The notes under the pieces were generated by a model. That model did not search any database, was not told the origin of the DNA, and worked only from the letters and a program-made list of their open reading frames with translations. From a virus, in IMG/VR virus record IMGVR_UViG_3300032240_002475, positions 58,291 through 122,290 of that record: DNA of 64,000 nucleotides; one strand, written 5' to 3'. Both the position numbers and the translations under genes were made by a program. Positions 9,470-19,582 of the stretch are shown here, piece after piece (the first letter of the stretch is position 1; every line of letters starts with the position of its first letter).

Positions 9470-10216
9470 TTAGTTTTTCATCTTAGTTTGAATCACAGTA
9501 TATAGTTTTTTAAACCTTTTGATTGAACTTCTAATTTCTTTTGTACTCAAATTTGTCATTTCTCTTAATGACAAAAGAATAACGTTTTTATTAAATTTGT
9601 TATTATCTGCCCCTGAAAATATAGATTCGTAGTTGTCAAATAAATCTATAAGAGCATAACCAAGTTTTCTTTCATTTTCATTTAATGATTCACTTTCTAT
9701 AAAGTCTTTTAACTCTTTAAGATATTCGTTAATAATAATATGAGTTTCTACAATATCATCATCAATCCTATAAATCATATCTGGTCTTTCTTCTATAGTT
9801 GAAGAAATGTCTTCATAAGATATTTTTCTATTTGTTTCTTTTTGGTCTTTAATAATTTGACCCATTAGATAATTTTTACAAATAGTTCCAAAATATGAAT
9901 ATGCTTTTTTGTTTTTGTCAGGTTTGAATTTATCAACCTTGGTCATCAAAAAAGAATGCGTGTCAGTATGGATTTCAATAAAGTCCATATCTTTACGATA
10001 TAATTTATATCGTCTTATAATAGATGAAATCATCTTATCAAGAGGAGCCCTTAAGAATTGATTATATATTTTGTTTTTTTCTTGTGAAGTTTCGGCTATT
10101 AAAAAATTTCTAACCGCTTCCTCCTCTCTAACATCAAAATAATTTTCTTTTACTGCTTTCCTACCTCTTTTTTTAGACAAAACATCTTCTGTTGTTGCAG
10201 AAAGAGTTTCTTCCAT
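9470..10216 (-). CDS. Phage late-transcription sigma factor (T4 gp55-like)
   Basis: N-terminal NYFD and region-2-like KFKPDKNKKAYSYFGTICKNYL, resembling the gp55/sigma-70 region 2 pattern. Confidence 0.65.
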   Translation of the reverse strand: MEETLSATTEDVLSKKRGRKAVKENYFDVREEEAVRNFLIAETSQEKNKIYNQFLRAPLDKMISSIIRRYKLYRKDMDFIEIHTDTHSFLMTKVDKFKPDKNKKAYSYFGTICKNYLMGQIIKDQKETNRKISYEDISSTIEERPDMIYRIDDDIVETHIIINEYLKELKDFIESESLNENERKLGYALIDLFDNYESIFSGADNNKFNKNVILLSLREMTNLSTKEIRSSIKRFKKLYTVIQTKMKN

Positions 10217-11023
10217 TTAGGCATTGTCTGATTGATATTTTATGACTCTATCGTCAGGGAAGAAATATTCTTTTTTAGCAGTTTGAATCCAAAATCTAAC
10301 TTCATCTTCAATCATCTTAGATTCACCGAACTTATAGTTCCAAAAAATTGAACCTTCTCTCATGTTGGTATGTTTGTAACCAAGTCTTGGTATAGTCATG
10401 ATTGAAACTGAATTATAAGTTAATCTTAATAAAAACTCATAGATAAATGTTAATTTAATTGAAGGTTTAAATCCTCCAAAGTCTTCAATAATTTCTTTTT
10501 TGAATACACATCCTGCGGTTTGAAAGTTTTGATAATCTTGTAATGTTTCATTAGTAAGAATACCCATTTCTTGTGTAAAGTTTGCTGCAAATGTTGCTTC
10601 ATTTGTAAATCCTGCAAACACACCTTTTTCATCAACCTCAACTACGACAGGTAAAAACATTTGTACTTCAGGATATGCCTCAGTATATTTTTTTACGTTT
10701 TTAAACCAAATACTTGCATACTCGTCATCGAACTCAAACAATGAAACCCATTTTCCTTTTGCATTTTTAATACCATAATTTACTTGGTCACAATAGTTAG
10801 GGTCTTTATCCCATAATAATTTTGTAACATTTAAGTTTTCAAAATCATAACTATTTAAAAATTCAATTAATGATTCTTCACTTGTGTGAACGATAAGAAG
10901 TTCCTCCAACTCTACCTGTTGGTTTTTAATCGAATCAATTGCATTTTTAAAATACTCATCAAAATTTTTTGCCTTTGATGATTTAATTGGTAGTATTACT
11001 GAAAGTGATAATTTATTACTCAT
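10217..11023 (-). CDS. Glycosyltransferase, GT2 family
   Basis: LSVILP N-terminus, NYGIKNAKGKWVSLFEFDDEY (GT-A DxD region). Confidence 0.8.
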   Translation of the reverse strand: MSNKLSLSVILPIKSSKAKNFDEYFKNAIDSIKNQQVELEELLIVHTSEESLIEFLNSYDFENLNVTKLLWDKDPNYCDQVNYGIKNAKGKWVSLFEFDDEYASIWFKNVKKYTEAYPEVQMFLPVVVEVDEKGVFAGFTNEATFAANFTQEMGILTNETLQDYQNFQTAGCVFKKEIIEDFGGFKPSIKLTFIYEFLLRLTYNSVSIMTIPRLGYKHTNMREGSIFWNYKFGESKMIEDEVRFWIQTAKKEYFFPDDRVIKYQSDNA

Positions 11024-11024
11024 A

Positions 11025-12077
11025 TTATTCTTCTGTTTTTGTAATTTGTTCTTCGAATGAATTTGCTCTTGTGTTTAAGTATCCTTCAAATAGGGATACA
11101 ACCGCTAACTCAAATTTTTGTTTATCTGAAAATTTGTCCGCTGTTTTTTTCATTTCATCGTACATTTCAGGTTTAATATTATCTTCTAACCAATTCTGAA
11201 TAAAATCAGCAACAACATCTGCTAGTAATGTTTGGTCAGTAATCCAAATACCATTATCCTCATTCATCCATTCAGGTGCCATATTTGGAACTTTTCCGAT
11301 TACTGGTACGTTAGATTTCATAGATTCAATAGGGAAAGTACCAAATCCTGCGTGGTCATCAACCCAAACACTTAAGAAGCAATCTTTTAAAGAATTAGCA
11401 AATTCTTTTTCTGAAAGACCTCTCAAGTCTCTAAATGTAAACCATCTGTATTGAGGGAATTTCAAATAGAATGTCTTAATTAAATTAACCGCATCACTTT
11501 GTTCTTTTGTGTGAACGCCAATAATTGGCATTGCTGGCAATGATTTTGGTTCAAATGAATCTGTAATGTACGGCTCAACAATATCAAAAGACGATTGTCT
11601 CATAACTCTTTCAATATATTCTTTTTGCTTACTTGTTGTTGTTATACATTTCATAAAACCAAATTGATTCCATGATTGTCCTGGTTGAAGTGTTTCTAAC
11701 ATGTGGGCGTATTGTTGTGTTAGAACAATTTTAGCACACGGTAGTTGTTTAACTTGGTCCATGACAAATCCAAAAACTTCAGGAATTACCAAAAAATCTT
11801 CAGGTGAAATTTCTAAGTTTTGACCTTCAATTGCTTTGTGTGGGATAGACATATATTCTTCGTCTAACCACGCAACGACACCAGCATAGTCCGATTTCTC
11901 GTGAAGTATGATTGGGTTAAAACCGTTGTCTTTTAATGTTTTTGCCATTTGATAGATATATCTAACAGAAGCTCTTGCATTTCCTTTAGTGTCTTGAACT
12001 AAGAAATAAATTCTAGCTTGCTTGTCTCTTAATATCTGAATGGACTGTGTTACTTTTTCGTTTAGTGAATTTTCCAT
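11025..12077 (-). CDS. Glycosyltransferase, GT-B fold (GT4-like)
   Basis: LVIPE motif and GFGTFPIESMKSNVPVIG. Confidence 0.75.
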   Translation of the reverse strand: MENSLNEKVTQSIQILRDKQARIYFLVQDTKGNARASVRYIYQMAKTLKDNGFNPIILHEKSDYAGVVAWLDEEYMSIPHKAIEGQNLEISPEDFLVIPEVFGFVMDQVKQLPCAKIVLTQQYAHMLETLQPGQSWNQFGFMKCITTTSKQKEYIERVMRQSSFDIVEPYITDSFEPKSLPAMPIIGVHTKEQSDAVNLIKTFYLKFPQYRWFTFRDLRGLSEKEFANSLKDCFLSVWVDDHAGFGTFPIESMKSNVPVIGKVPNMAPEWMNEDNGIWITDQTLLADVVADFIQNWLEDNIKPEMYDEMKKTADKFSDKQKFELAVVSLFEGYLNTRANSFEEQITKTEE

Positions 12078-12078
12078 A

Positions 12079-12360
12079 TTAATAATGATTGATAAGTTTT
12101 TTATTTAATAAACTGTTGAATGCTAATTTGAATGGTATACTTGTATTACTACTTGATTTCATTCCTAATTTATCATCCATAATTTCATTTTCTGATAATA
12201 CTGTTTCTAATAACATTTTTACCATTTCAAATTTGATGATATTAATTCTCATTTCAGTTGTTCCTGTTAATGGTTCGGTTATTGATTCATCCGACATATC
12301 AAGGTATTGTTCAATTTCATCTAAGTCGATGAAATAATTTTCTCCTAAGACGCTAATCAT
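12079..12360 (-). CDS. Hypothetical protein
   Basis: 93 aa, translationally coupled within the operon. Confidence 0.65.
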   Translation of the reverse strand: MISVLGENYFIDLDEIEQYLDMSDESITEPLTGTTEMRINIIKFEMVKMLLETVLSENEIMDDKLGMKSSSNTSIPFKLAFNSLLNKKLINHY

Positions 12361-12949
12361 ATATTTCTTTTATTTTATTTTTGAGCTCTTTTATACTTGA
12401 AATAGAGTGCTCAGTTTTTATTTCAGTATTATATGTTGTGTTAAATTTAATAACCTTAACATTTTTGGGATGGTTTAATAATAGATTAGGATTCGCAGTA
12501 AGTAAAATGTCTACGGAGTTCCATAAAGAATTAATTGTACTTTCACTATAAAATTTTACAGTTTCAACCAAACATCCAAATTTAGAAATGAAAAATAATG
12601 ATGCAGGTTTTGATTTACCAATTTCATCTGAAACAATTAAGATGTCATGATTATCTCTCATGTCTAAATAAAATTCGTTAAAGTCCATCATTCCTGAAGT
12701 TTCAACGGAGCTAGAATGACCAAAAATTTCCATTGTATGTTCTTTGTATAAAAAATCGTACAATTCATTTTTGTCTTTAAATTTTAAGTGACTTGTAATA
12801 TCTAACGTTGTCAAATCTGAAATAACTTCATATTCCGATTTTTCTTCGTCTTCTTTAAATGGATTGTCTAAATACCATTTTTCGTATTCTTGTTGAATTT
12901 TTTTTAATGTGTCTCTAAGTACTCCATTTAATTCTACCGCAATTCTCAT
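12353..12949 (-). CDS. HAD 5'(3')-deoxyribonucleotidase-like protein with a degenerate motif I
   Basis: MRIAVELNGVLRD in place of the usual IAxDxDGVL; size and C-terminal FNTTYN fit the NT5C family. Confidence 0.55.
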   Translation of the reverse strand: MRIAVELNGVLRDTLKKIQQEYEKWYLDNPFKEDEEKSEYEVISDLTTLDITSHLKFKDKNELYDFLYKEHTMEIFGHSSSVETSGMMDFNEFYLDMRDNHDILIVSDEIGKSKPASLFFISKFGCLVETVKFYSESTINSLWNSVDILLTANPNLLLNHPKNVKVIKFNTTYNTEIKTEHSISSIKELKNKIKEIYD

Positions 12950-13680
12950 TCTTCGTATCTTTTTAATATTTTTGAAATAAGAGGATTTCTTACAATATCT
13001 TCAGGTTTAAATTCAAAAACTCCAACATCATCCATGTCTTGGAACTTTTTTAACGCATCCCATAAACCTGTTTGTGTTTTATCTTTATGTCTATCAAATT
13101 GTTCTAAATCACCTGACAAGAAAAATTTAGAATTAAAACCTATTCTTGTTAAAAGTAACTTCATTTGACTTGGAGTTGAATTTTGAGCCTCTTCAAAAAT
13201 TAATATTGAATTGTCAATATTCATACCTCTCATGTAAGCTAATGCAAAAACCTCAATAGCTTCAATATCTTTTAATCTTTCTCTTGCTTCTTTACCTATA
13301 ATTTTATTTAATAGATAATAAGATGGAAAAATATAAGGGTCTAGTTTCTCTTCAACACCTCCAGGTAAACTACCTAATTTTTCTTCTGCCTCAACTGCTG
13401 GTCTTACAATGATAATTTTTTCGTAAGGAGTTGTTGGGTCTACCAACAAATCCACAGCACATTTCATTGCTATATAACTTTTACCTACCCCAGCTGGCCC
13501 CGAACATATTGTAATTTGATTTTTTGTAAGTTTATGATAGTATTCTCTTTGACTATCAGATAAAAATTTCTCTTTAGTTTTCTTCTTAACAATTGAACAA
13601 ATTAATTGTTTTTTTGTTCTTACTACCACTTCTTCACCTGTTGGTGTTACTTGTGGTGTTTTTTTGGTGCCTCTCGCCAT
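12946..13680 (-). CDS. phoH: PhoH-family ATPase
   Basis: GPAGVGKS, RPAVEAEEKLGSLPG, AYMRG, EEAQN, LLTRIG, GDLEQ, DIVRNPL. Confidence 0.95.
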   Translation of the reverse strand: MARGTKKTPQVTPTGEEVVVRTKKQLICSIVKKKTKEKFLSDSQREYYHKLTKNQITICSGPAGVGKSYIAMKCAVDLLVDPTTPYEKIIIVRPAVEAEEKLGSLPGGVEEKLDPYIFPSYYLLNKIIGKEARERLKDIEAIEVFALAYMRGMNIDNSILIFEEAQNSTPSQMKLLLTRIGFNSKFFLSGDLEQFDRHKDKTQTGLWDALKKFQDMDDVGVFEFKPEDIVRNPLISKILKRYEE

Positions 13681-13686
13681 TATATA

Positions 13687-14781
13687 TTATTTGATTTTAT
13701 GTCTGTCGGAACTTTGAGGTTCTCTTCTATAGACTGTTGTTCCACCGTCAGGACTTTCATAAATCCATGGAGTTTCAATTTCTTTTTTGTCAACTTGAGA
13801 CTTAATCCATTGATATGTTTTTTTCAAACCAATTGATAAAGGTTGACTAACTTCCCAACCAACTTTCTCTCTGTAAAGTTTGTTGTCAGAGTTTCTTCCT
13901 TTAACACCTAAAGGACATTTAAATCCATATTTGTCAATAAATTCTTGACCATCAATATTTTTAATTTCAATATTTTTTTCTGAGATTGCAATTGCCATTC
14001 CAGCAAGTTGATTGATTGTGACCATTTCTTCACTACCAATATTAACAGGACCTACAAAATCACTTTCCATTAATCTTAATACCGCCTCAACACATTCATC
14101 AACGTACAAGAATGAACGAGTTTGCATTCCATTACCCCAAACTTCAATCACATCTCCGTCTTTAGCTTCTGCAGCCTTCCTACACATCGCAGCTGGTGAT
14201 TTTTCTCTACCACCTGTCCATGTACCTTGTGGCCCAAAGATGTTATGAAATCTTGCAACTCTTACATCTAAACCATAATTTCTGTTAAATGCTAAGAATA
14301 ATCTTTCGGAAAATAATTTTTCCCATCCATATTCAGAATCAGGGTTTGCAGGATATGCAGATGATTCTTCGCAGTTTGGATTTAGTGGGTCTAACTGATT
14401 GTGTTCAGGATACATACAAGCTGAAGAAGAGTAGAATACTTTCTTAACTTTTTTCTTAACACATTCGTGAGCTACGTTTAAATTAATTGTTGCTGAGTTG
14501 TACATAACGTTGGCATCATTCTCACCTGTAAAGATATATAATGCACCACCCATGTCTGCCGCAAGTTGATATACTTCATCAACTCCCTCCTCAATTACAA
14601 GTTCAACAACCTTAGGGTCTGTTAAATCTCCTAATATAAATTCATGACAAAACTCGTCTTGAAAGAAGTATTCGTGTTTTTTAATATCACATACTCTTAC
14701 GTGATTTCCTTCTTCTTTTAATCTTTTAGCGAGGTGTCCACCTATGAACCCTCCGCCACCTAATACTACTATTTTTTTCAT
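13687..14781 (-). CDS. NAD-dependent epimerase, GDP-mannose 3',5'-epimerase (GME)-like
   Basis: GGGGFIG, LAADMGG, SSSACMYPE, YGWEK, RFHNIFGPQGTWTGGREKSPAAMCRK and GVKGRNSDN match GME signatures. Confidence 0.85.
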   Translation of the reverse strand: MKKIVVLGGGGFIGGHLAKRLKEEGNHVRVCDIKKHEYFFQDEFCHEFILGDLTDPKVVELVIEEGVDEVYQLAADMGGALYIFTGENDANVMYNSATINLNVAHECVKKKVKKVFYSSSACMYPEHNQLDPLNPNCEESSAYPANPDSEYGWEKLFSERLFLAFNRNYGLDVRVARFHNIFGPQGTWTGGREKSPAAMCRKAAEAKDGDVIEVWGNGMQTRSFLYVDECVEAVLRLMESDFVGPVNIGSEEMVTINQLAGMAIAISEKNIEIKNIDGQEFIDKYGFKCPLGVKGRNSDNKLYREKVGWEVSQPLSIGLKKTYQWIKSQVDKKEIETPWIYESPDGGTTVYRREPQSSDRHKIK

Positions 14782-15716
14782 TAGTTAAAATACTTTTGGT
14801 ATATGTTGAAATATTCAACTGTTTTATCTGGAAGTAAACTCCAATAGTCTTTTATATTGTCTAAAAGGTTTAATGTGTTTCTATAACCAATCACTTCATT
14901 TTCTAAATTTCTAACAAGGTCTTGCGGGTTTCTCGCTTGATAAACTGACGCTTTTGCAAATATGACAGAGTTTGGAAAATGATGTTGTAAGACATAGGAC
15001 CCCCAAATGTCATCCATTCTACCTGTATATGGAAAGACAGAATAATATTTAAGGACATCTCTATGAATAAATGTATTTTGTGAGTTAAATGGTGTAAGTT
15101 GTTTTGTTGTGAACGGTTCAAATGAATTAAATTTAACGATTGGTTTTTTACTTAGACGACAAATTGCGTCGATGTCTGGGTCACCATCCCAAAATTCTGC
15201 TTGAATCATTGGGGTAATTTTTGTTTTACCTTTGTATTCAATGTTATTTTTTACTTGTAGATATTCAATTGGAAATCCTCTATGCCACAAGTCATTATGT
15301 TCTGTAGTTGATATTGCATCAAAATAAGGGCATGACGTATTTTCATATTCGTCAACTTCAATTTCTTGACCCAGTAAGATATTATCACCCCAGAAACTGT
15401 ATGGAATGTTGTCATCATCAACTGTTGCAACAATATCTGCACCATGTTGGTATGCGTACACAAATCCAATGTTTCTTCTTTGAATTGTCCTCCATCCAAT
15501 TATTTCGGATAATTCTTGATACATATCATCTTGTGATTCAGGTGTTAAATAAATTACATTATCATAACTTTCTTCAAGAGCCAAGTAACTTTCATGAGGA
15601 GTTTTTGTATCTCCAACAATAACAAACGTGAAGTCTTTTTTATCAGCAATTTCACAGAACTTAATAGTTGCTTCAGTTGGTTCATTGATTGTTGTTGTGA
15701 CTATAAATTTTTTCAT
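14781..15716 (-). CDS. STELLO/DUF288-like (GT75-related) glycosyltransferase or sugar mutase
   Basis: IVTTTINEPT, VGDTKTP, RRNIGFVYAYQHGADIVATVDDDN, WHRGFP, DGDPDIDAICR, FNSQNT, RMDDIW. Confidence 0.7.
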   Translation of the reverse strand: MKKFIVTTTINEPTEATIKFCEIADKKDFTFVIVGDTKTPHESYLALEESYDNVIYLTPESQDDMYQELSEIIGWRTIQRRNIGFVYAYQHGADIVATVDDDNIPYSFWGDNILLGQEIEVDEYENTSCPYFDAISTTEHNDLWHRGFPIEYLQVKNNIEYKGKTKITPMIQAEFWDGDPDIDAICRLSKKPIVKFNSFEPFTTKQLTPFNSQNTFIHRDVLKYYSVFPYTGRMDDIWGSYVLQHHFPNSVIFAKASVYQARNPQDLVRNLENEVIGYRNTLNLLDNIKDYWSLLPDKTVEYFNIYQKYFN

Positions 15717-15717
15717 A

Positions 15718-16326
15718 TTAATAAACTATATAAATGTGGTTTCCTTCTAACGTATTAGTAATTGTGTAGTTAGGGTTAATTGAGTGTAATGCGTCCGTGA
15801 ATTCTTTCAATGTAGGGAAGTTTCCTTGACCTAAGTCTCTACAATCATCAATCAACATAACATGGTCATTACGATTACTTGAAGATTTAATTGCTCCTAA
15901 TTCTTCTCTTAATGGTCCATTCAACATACTATGAGCATCTAATATGATTAAAAATCTTTCATCAGGTAATTCTTCAAAAACAGATGATAATAATTCACCT
16001 GAATTACCTTCTAAAAATGTTAGATTATCATATTTTTCTGAAAGTTGTGCATAAGTTTCTCTATAGTTTCTTCCATCATAAGGATTATTATCTGGAAATA
16101 ATTCAATTGTGAATGCTACGTCAAAATGTTCTGCTAAACATACAGCAGTACTTGCATTATATGTTCCCGTTTCAATTGCAAATTTTATTTCATCTAAATT
16201 AGGAATTTTATCTTGGTATTGGTAAAGTAAACTTACAAATACGTTTGGTATAGGTAGAGTTTGTTTATGTGTGTCGGACATTTGTTCCCATCTACTATCT
16301 CCTGTATAGTCTAAATTTAATTTCAT
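15718..16326 (-). CDS. Class I SAM-dependent methyltransferase
   Basis: IETGTYNAST, TIEL, EGNS, ILDAH and LIDD motifs. Confidence 0.7.
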   Translation of the reverse strand: MKLNLDYTGDSRWEQMSDTHKQTLPIPNVFVSLLYQYQDKIPNLDEIKFAIETGTYNASTAVCLAEHFDVAFTIELFPDNNPYDGRNYRETYAQLSEKYDNLTFLEGNSGELLSSVFEELPDERFLIILDAHSMLNGPLREELGAIKSSSNRNDHVMLIDDCRDLGQGNFPTLKEFTDALHSINPNYTITNTLEGNHIYIVY

Positions 16327-16339
16327 ATTTTAACACTTT

Positions 16340-16936
16340 TTAATCTTTAAGTTTAAGAAAAGTATGTTGTTCATACTGTCTGTGTATTTCATACATTGAT
16401 AAATTTTGTTTGATAAAATCTTCAATAAATGAAATTGGTTTATTATGCCACTCAACAAAAATAAATTTAGATTTTTTAATTAATTCTGAATTTTCTAATA
16501 TGTTATATTCTGATGCCTCAACATCTATTTTAACTAAATCTGCAGGAGACTCTAAAAAAAACTCTAAAGTTTCTAACTTGAATATTTTACCGTCATAAGT
16601 TTCAATTCGGTCTCCCCAATATTCTTCTTTAAATTCTTCTTTAATTTCGGAAACCATGTATCCACCATCATTATTATCTCCAATACCTTGTACTTTTGAT
16701 TCTTTAGCACCATAAAAAATCCCATAATTATGCCCGTGAGTAAAATCGTATTCTGACATTAATTTTGAGCATTTTTCAAAATTAATTACATCTGGCTCAA
16801 AGTAATGAAGCTCATTAATTTTTTTATTATTTAATAGGTGTATGAATTCACCGTAGTTGCTTCCAATATCCAAAACAATATTTAAGTTTTCAGGTATTTC
16901 AGTCAACCAATTTTTATACATTTGTTCTCCGTACAT
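16340..16936 (-). CDS. FkbM-family methyltransferase
   Basis: LDIGSNYG, FEP, KIDVEASE, VEWH. Confidence 0.85.
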   Translation of the reverse strand: MYGEQMYKNWLTEIPENLNIVLDIGSNYGEFIHLLNNKKINELHYFEPDVINFEKCSKLMSEYDFTHGHNYGIFYGAKESKVQGIGDNNDGGYMVSEIKEEFKEEYWGDRIETYDGKIFKLETLEFFLESPADLVKIDVEASEYNILENSELIKKSKFIFVEWHNKPISFIEDFIKQNLSMYEIHRQYEQHTFLKLKD

Positions 16937-16937
16937 G

Positions 16938-17645
16938 TTAATCTAAGTTTAATAAGTTTATGTTATAATATATCACGTCCGCTTCAGGGCAAACGTGTGA
17001 ATAATCTATGTCAAATAGTTTTTTGAATCCAAGTTGGTTCATAATTTCATTATCTTCAGTTGAAGAAGTTTGATTTTTATATAATCTAAGATTATTGTCA
17101 GTATTAACAATTGACTCAATCATAATAAAAACGGTATTTTTAATATACTCTTTAAGACTTTTTACAACTCTAATATCAACACCTTGAGCATCTACCTTTA
17201 AAAAATGTATTAGTTCATTTTTAAATTTTGGAATCTCATCTAATAATTCTTTTAACGATACTACTTCAACATCCTCAACAGAGGTTATTGTGGATATTTC
17301 TGATGGACAATACCATAAGTCATTTTTTTTGTGTATATCTTTAGTTATTATTTCTTTATTGATTTCTAATAAAGAGCTACAATATGCGTCTTGATTTATA
17401 TTGAATTGCATAATTGTTTTTTCTTCAACATCATCTATGGCATTTTCAAACCATAAATTGTATTCTTTTTTTATATTGTCATTTTTATAATTTTTATTAG
17501 GCTCAATTCCAATCCAAAAATTATTTTTTGTAATATAAGAAGAATATTCTTTTTTAAAATGACCATTCGCCGCGCCAACATCAACGATGTTGATTGAATC
17601 ATAATTGTTTAAATAATTAAATGTTTCTTTTAAGGTTTTAATCAT
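16938..17645 (-). CDS. FkbM-family methyltransferase
   Basis: VDVGAANG, IEPN, SSLL, FLKVDAQG. Confidence 0.85.
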   Translation of the reverse strand: MIKTLKETFNYLNNYDSINIVDVGAANGHFKKEYSSYITKNNFWIGIEPNKNYKNDNIKKEYNLWFENAIDDVEEKTIMQFNINQDAYCSSLLEINKEIITKDIHKKNDLWYCPSEISTITSVEDVEVVSLKELLDEIPKFKNELIHFLKVDAQGVDIRVVKSLKEYIKNTVFIMIESIVNTDNNLRLYKNQTSSTEDNEIMNQLGFKKLFDIDYSHVCPEADVIYYNINLLNLD

Positions 17646-17646
17646 T

Positions 17647-18492
17647 TTATATTGTTTTTAAATTATAGTCAGACCATCCCCAACTTTCTGAATTTGATGT
17701 ACCCGTAAAATCATTTACACAAACAAATCTATCGTTCATAGGTAATATTTCATTAGGAGATGAATTTTTATTTGTTCCATGATTTAAATGATATAAAGGA
17801 ACTTTAGCTTTTTCAATTTTAAAATACAAAGCGCCTTTTTTCATTAAATTTGAATCCGCGTAGCATCTACCACCACAAGACTCTTCAAATCCTTTAATTC
17901 CGTACCAAACATTTTTATGTGCAAATTGAAAATCTCCGCACCCAACAACTAAAGACCAAACGTCACCAGAATCCCAAACTGATTTACCATCAATCACCGC
18001 GTCAGGTTGCATTTTGAATCTATCTTTATTTTCTTTTACTGAATTTAAAAGCTCAATTGAATTATTGTAATTCAAATGAAATTCTTGAGGAACGTCTATT
18101 CTTGCAGATGTATAAAGTGTATGGTCATTAAATTGAGACAAGTCAAAACTTTCAATTAAAACATCGACATTAGTTACTAATATCCAATCATTTTTTGCTC
18201 TTCTAATTCCAATATTTCTTGCAAGTACCTCAACAATTGAGTAATTGATATATTCGGGATTATTGTTTTGTATATCTTCTTCGTTTACGATAAAAGATTT
18301 GATATTGTCTTTTCTTTCAACATTACCAATTACTTCTTCAATTAAAGATTTTCCGTTTGATTTCCAATCAACATAAATGATTTCATCAAATGATTGTGTT
18401 AAAATGTTCAAACAATGAGTAAACCTGTGTGTAAGATTGCCACCGTAGTCGTCATTTTTTCCAATTACAACTACTGAAATTTTTTCTTTCAT
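17647..18492 (-). CDS. GT-A fold glycosyltransferase (GT2-like)
   Basis: ISVVV..KNDDYGG, ARNIGIRRAKNDWILVTNVD, GDFQ, GFEE. Confidence 0.75.
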   Translation of the reverse strand: MKEKISVVVIGKNDDYGGNLTHRFTHCLNILTQSFDEIIYVDWKSNGKSLIEEVIGNVERKDNIKSFIVNEEDIQNNNPEYINYSIVEVLARNIGIRRAKNDWILVTNVDVLIESFDLSQFNDHTLYTSARIDVPQEFHLNYNNSIELLNSVKENKDRFKMQPDAVIDGKSVWDSGDVWSLVVGCGDFQFAHKNVWYGIKGFEESCGGRCYADSNLMKKGALYFKIEKAKVPLYHLNHGTNKNSSPNEILPMNDRFVCVNDFTGTSNSESWGWSDYNLKTI

Positions 18493-18500
18493 TAATTAAA

Positions 18501-18881
18501 TTAATATTTTACGTATTCTTTAACTTCTCTTATTTCAGAGTTGCTAATTTTGTTTATTTCATTTTTTAATCTGAACCTATCATCGTTAGTAAAATAAACT
18601 TTTCTAGCGTAATCAATAAATTCGCCTTCAAATCTTTTTTCTGTTTCAATAACTCTTAGTCTATCTTCAATATCCCAAAGTTTTGAATTAATTTCAACTA
18701 ATTGATGATACAGTTCCTCTATTTCAGGATTATCTAAAAAACCTGATGATAAGTTATAAAGTAATTCAAATTCTTTATTAATGTATTCTAATTTTTCTTC
18801 ATTAGTAATTTTTGTTTGTTTTACATGTAGGATGGATAATTTATCAATTAATTCCCCCACACTTACTGGTGCTTGAATCAT
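18501..18881 (-). CDS. DUF6165-like protein (commonly glycosylation-associated)
   Basis: PVSVGELIDKLSIL...LWDIED...ARKVYFTNDDR...KNEIN...EVKEY. Confidence 0.75.
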   Translation of the reverse strand: MIQAPVSVGELIDKLSILHVKQTKITNEEKLEYINKEFELLYNLSSGFLDNPEIEELYHQLVEINSKLWDIEDRLRVIETEKRFEGEFIDYARKVYFTNDDRFRLKNEINKISNSEIREVKEYVKY

Positions 18882-19582
18882 AATATGTATGTTAAATCTT
18901 TGTCGAATATATGTTCGACTTGATGGAAACTAGGTGGATTATGTCTGGAATATACCGTAACATTTTTTAAACCGAGTTTCGAGATTATGTAGAGTATTGA
19001 AGTCTCTACGGTATATATGTGTTTGGCTTTAAGCAATAATCCAATCCAATCAAATAAATTATCCCAACCAAGATATTCCATCTCAATTGATTTTTCAAAT
19101 TGACCCATATGTACACATGGTTTTGAATCAGGGGGAGACCCATACATTCTATTAACAAAAACAAAATCTTTATCTTGAGCTCCGTAATGGTCTATAAGCT
19201 TTTGCTCTCTTTCTATATTTCTTTCAAATTCAAAATAATCAACCCAATCTGATGAGTCCATATCCATCATTTTATATTTTGCCTCCATTACAGATAGTTT
19301 TGGATAATGTCTATCAAAATTTTGAATAGGTAAATAAACATTCTCATCTATAGTTGTTGGTTGAGACCCCCCACCTATATAAATGTTTCTATTAGGAAAA
19401 TCCGCATTCTCGTCAACAAAAATTAATCCATCGATTTTGATATAATCTTTAATAAACTCAAATTGAGATATTACTGGCCATATAACAGTATATCCTTGGG
19501 ATATGTAAGATTTTGCAATCTTCTGAGTGTAAAAAATATCCCCAATACCTGCGGGTTGTCGTATTAAACAAATTTTAGACAT
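18878..19582 (-). CDS. Putative glycosyltransferase (GT-B-like)
   Basis: RQPAGIGDI N-terminus, LFDWIGLLLKAKHIYTVETS; cluster context. Confidence 0.5.
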   Translation of the reverse strand: MSKICLIRQPAGIGDIFYTQKIAKSYISQGYTVIWPVISQFEFIKDYIKIDGLIFVDENADFPNRNIYIGGGSQPTTIDENVYLPIQNFDRHYPKLSVMEAKYKMMDMDSSDWVDYFEFERNIEREQKLIDHYGAQDKDFVFVNRMYGSPPDSKPCVHMGQFEKSIEMEYLGWDNLFDWIGLLLKAKHIYTVETSILYIISKLGLKNVTVYSRHNPPSFHQVEHIFDKDLTYIL

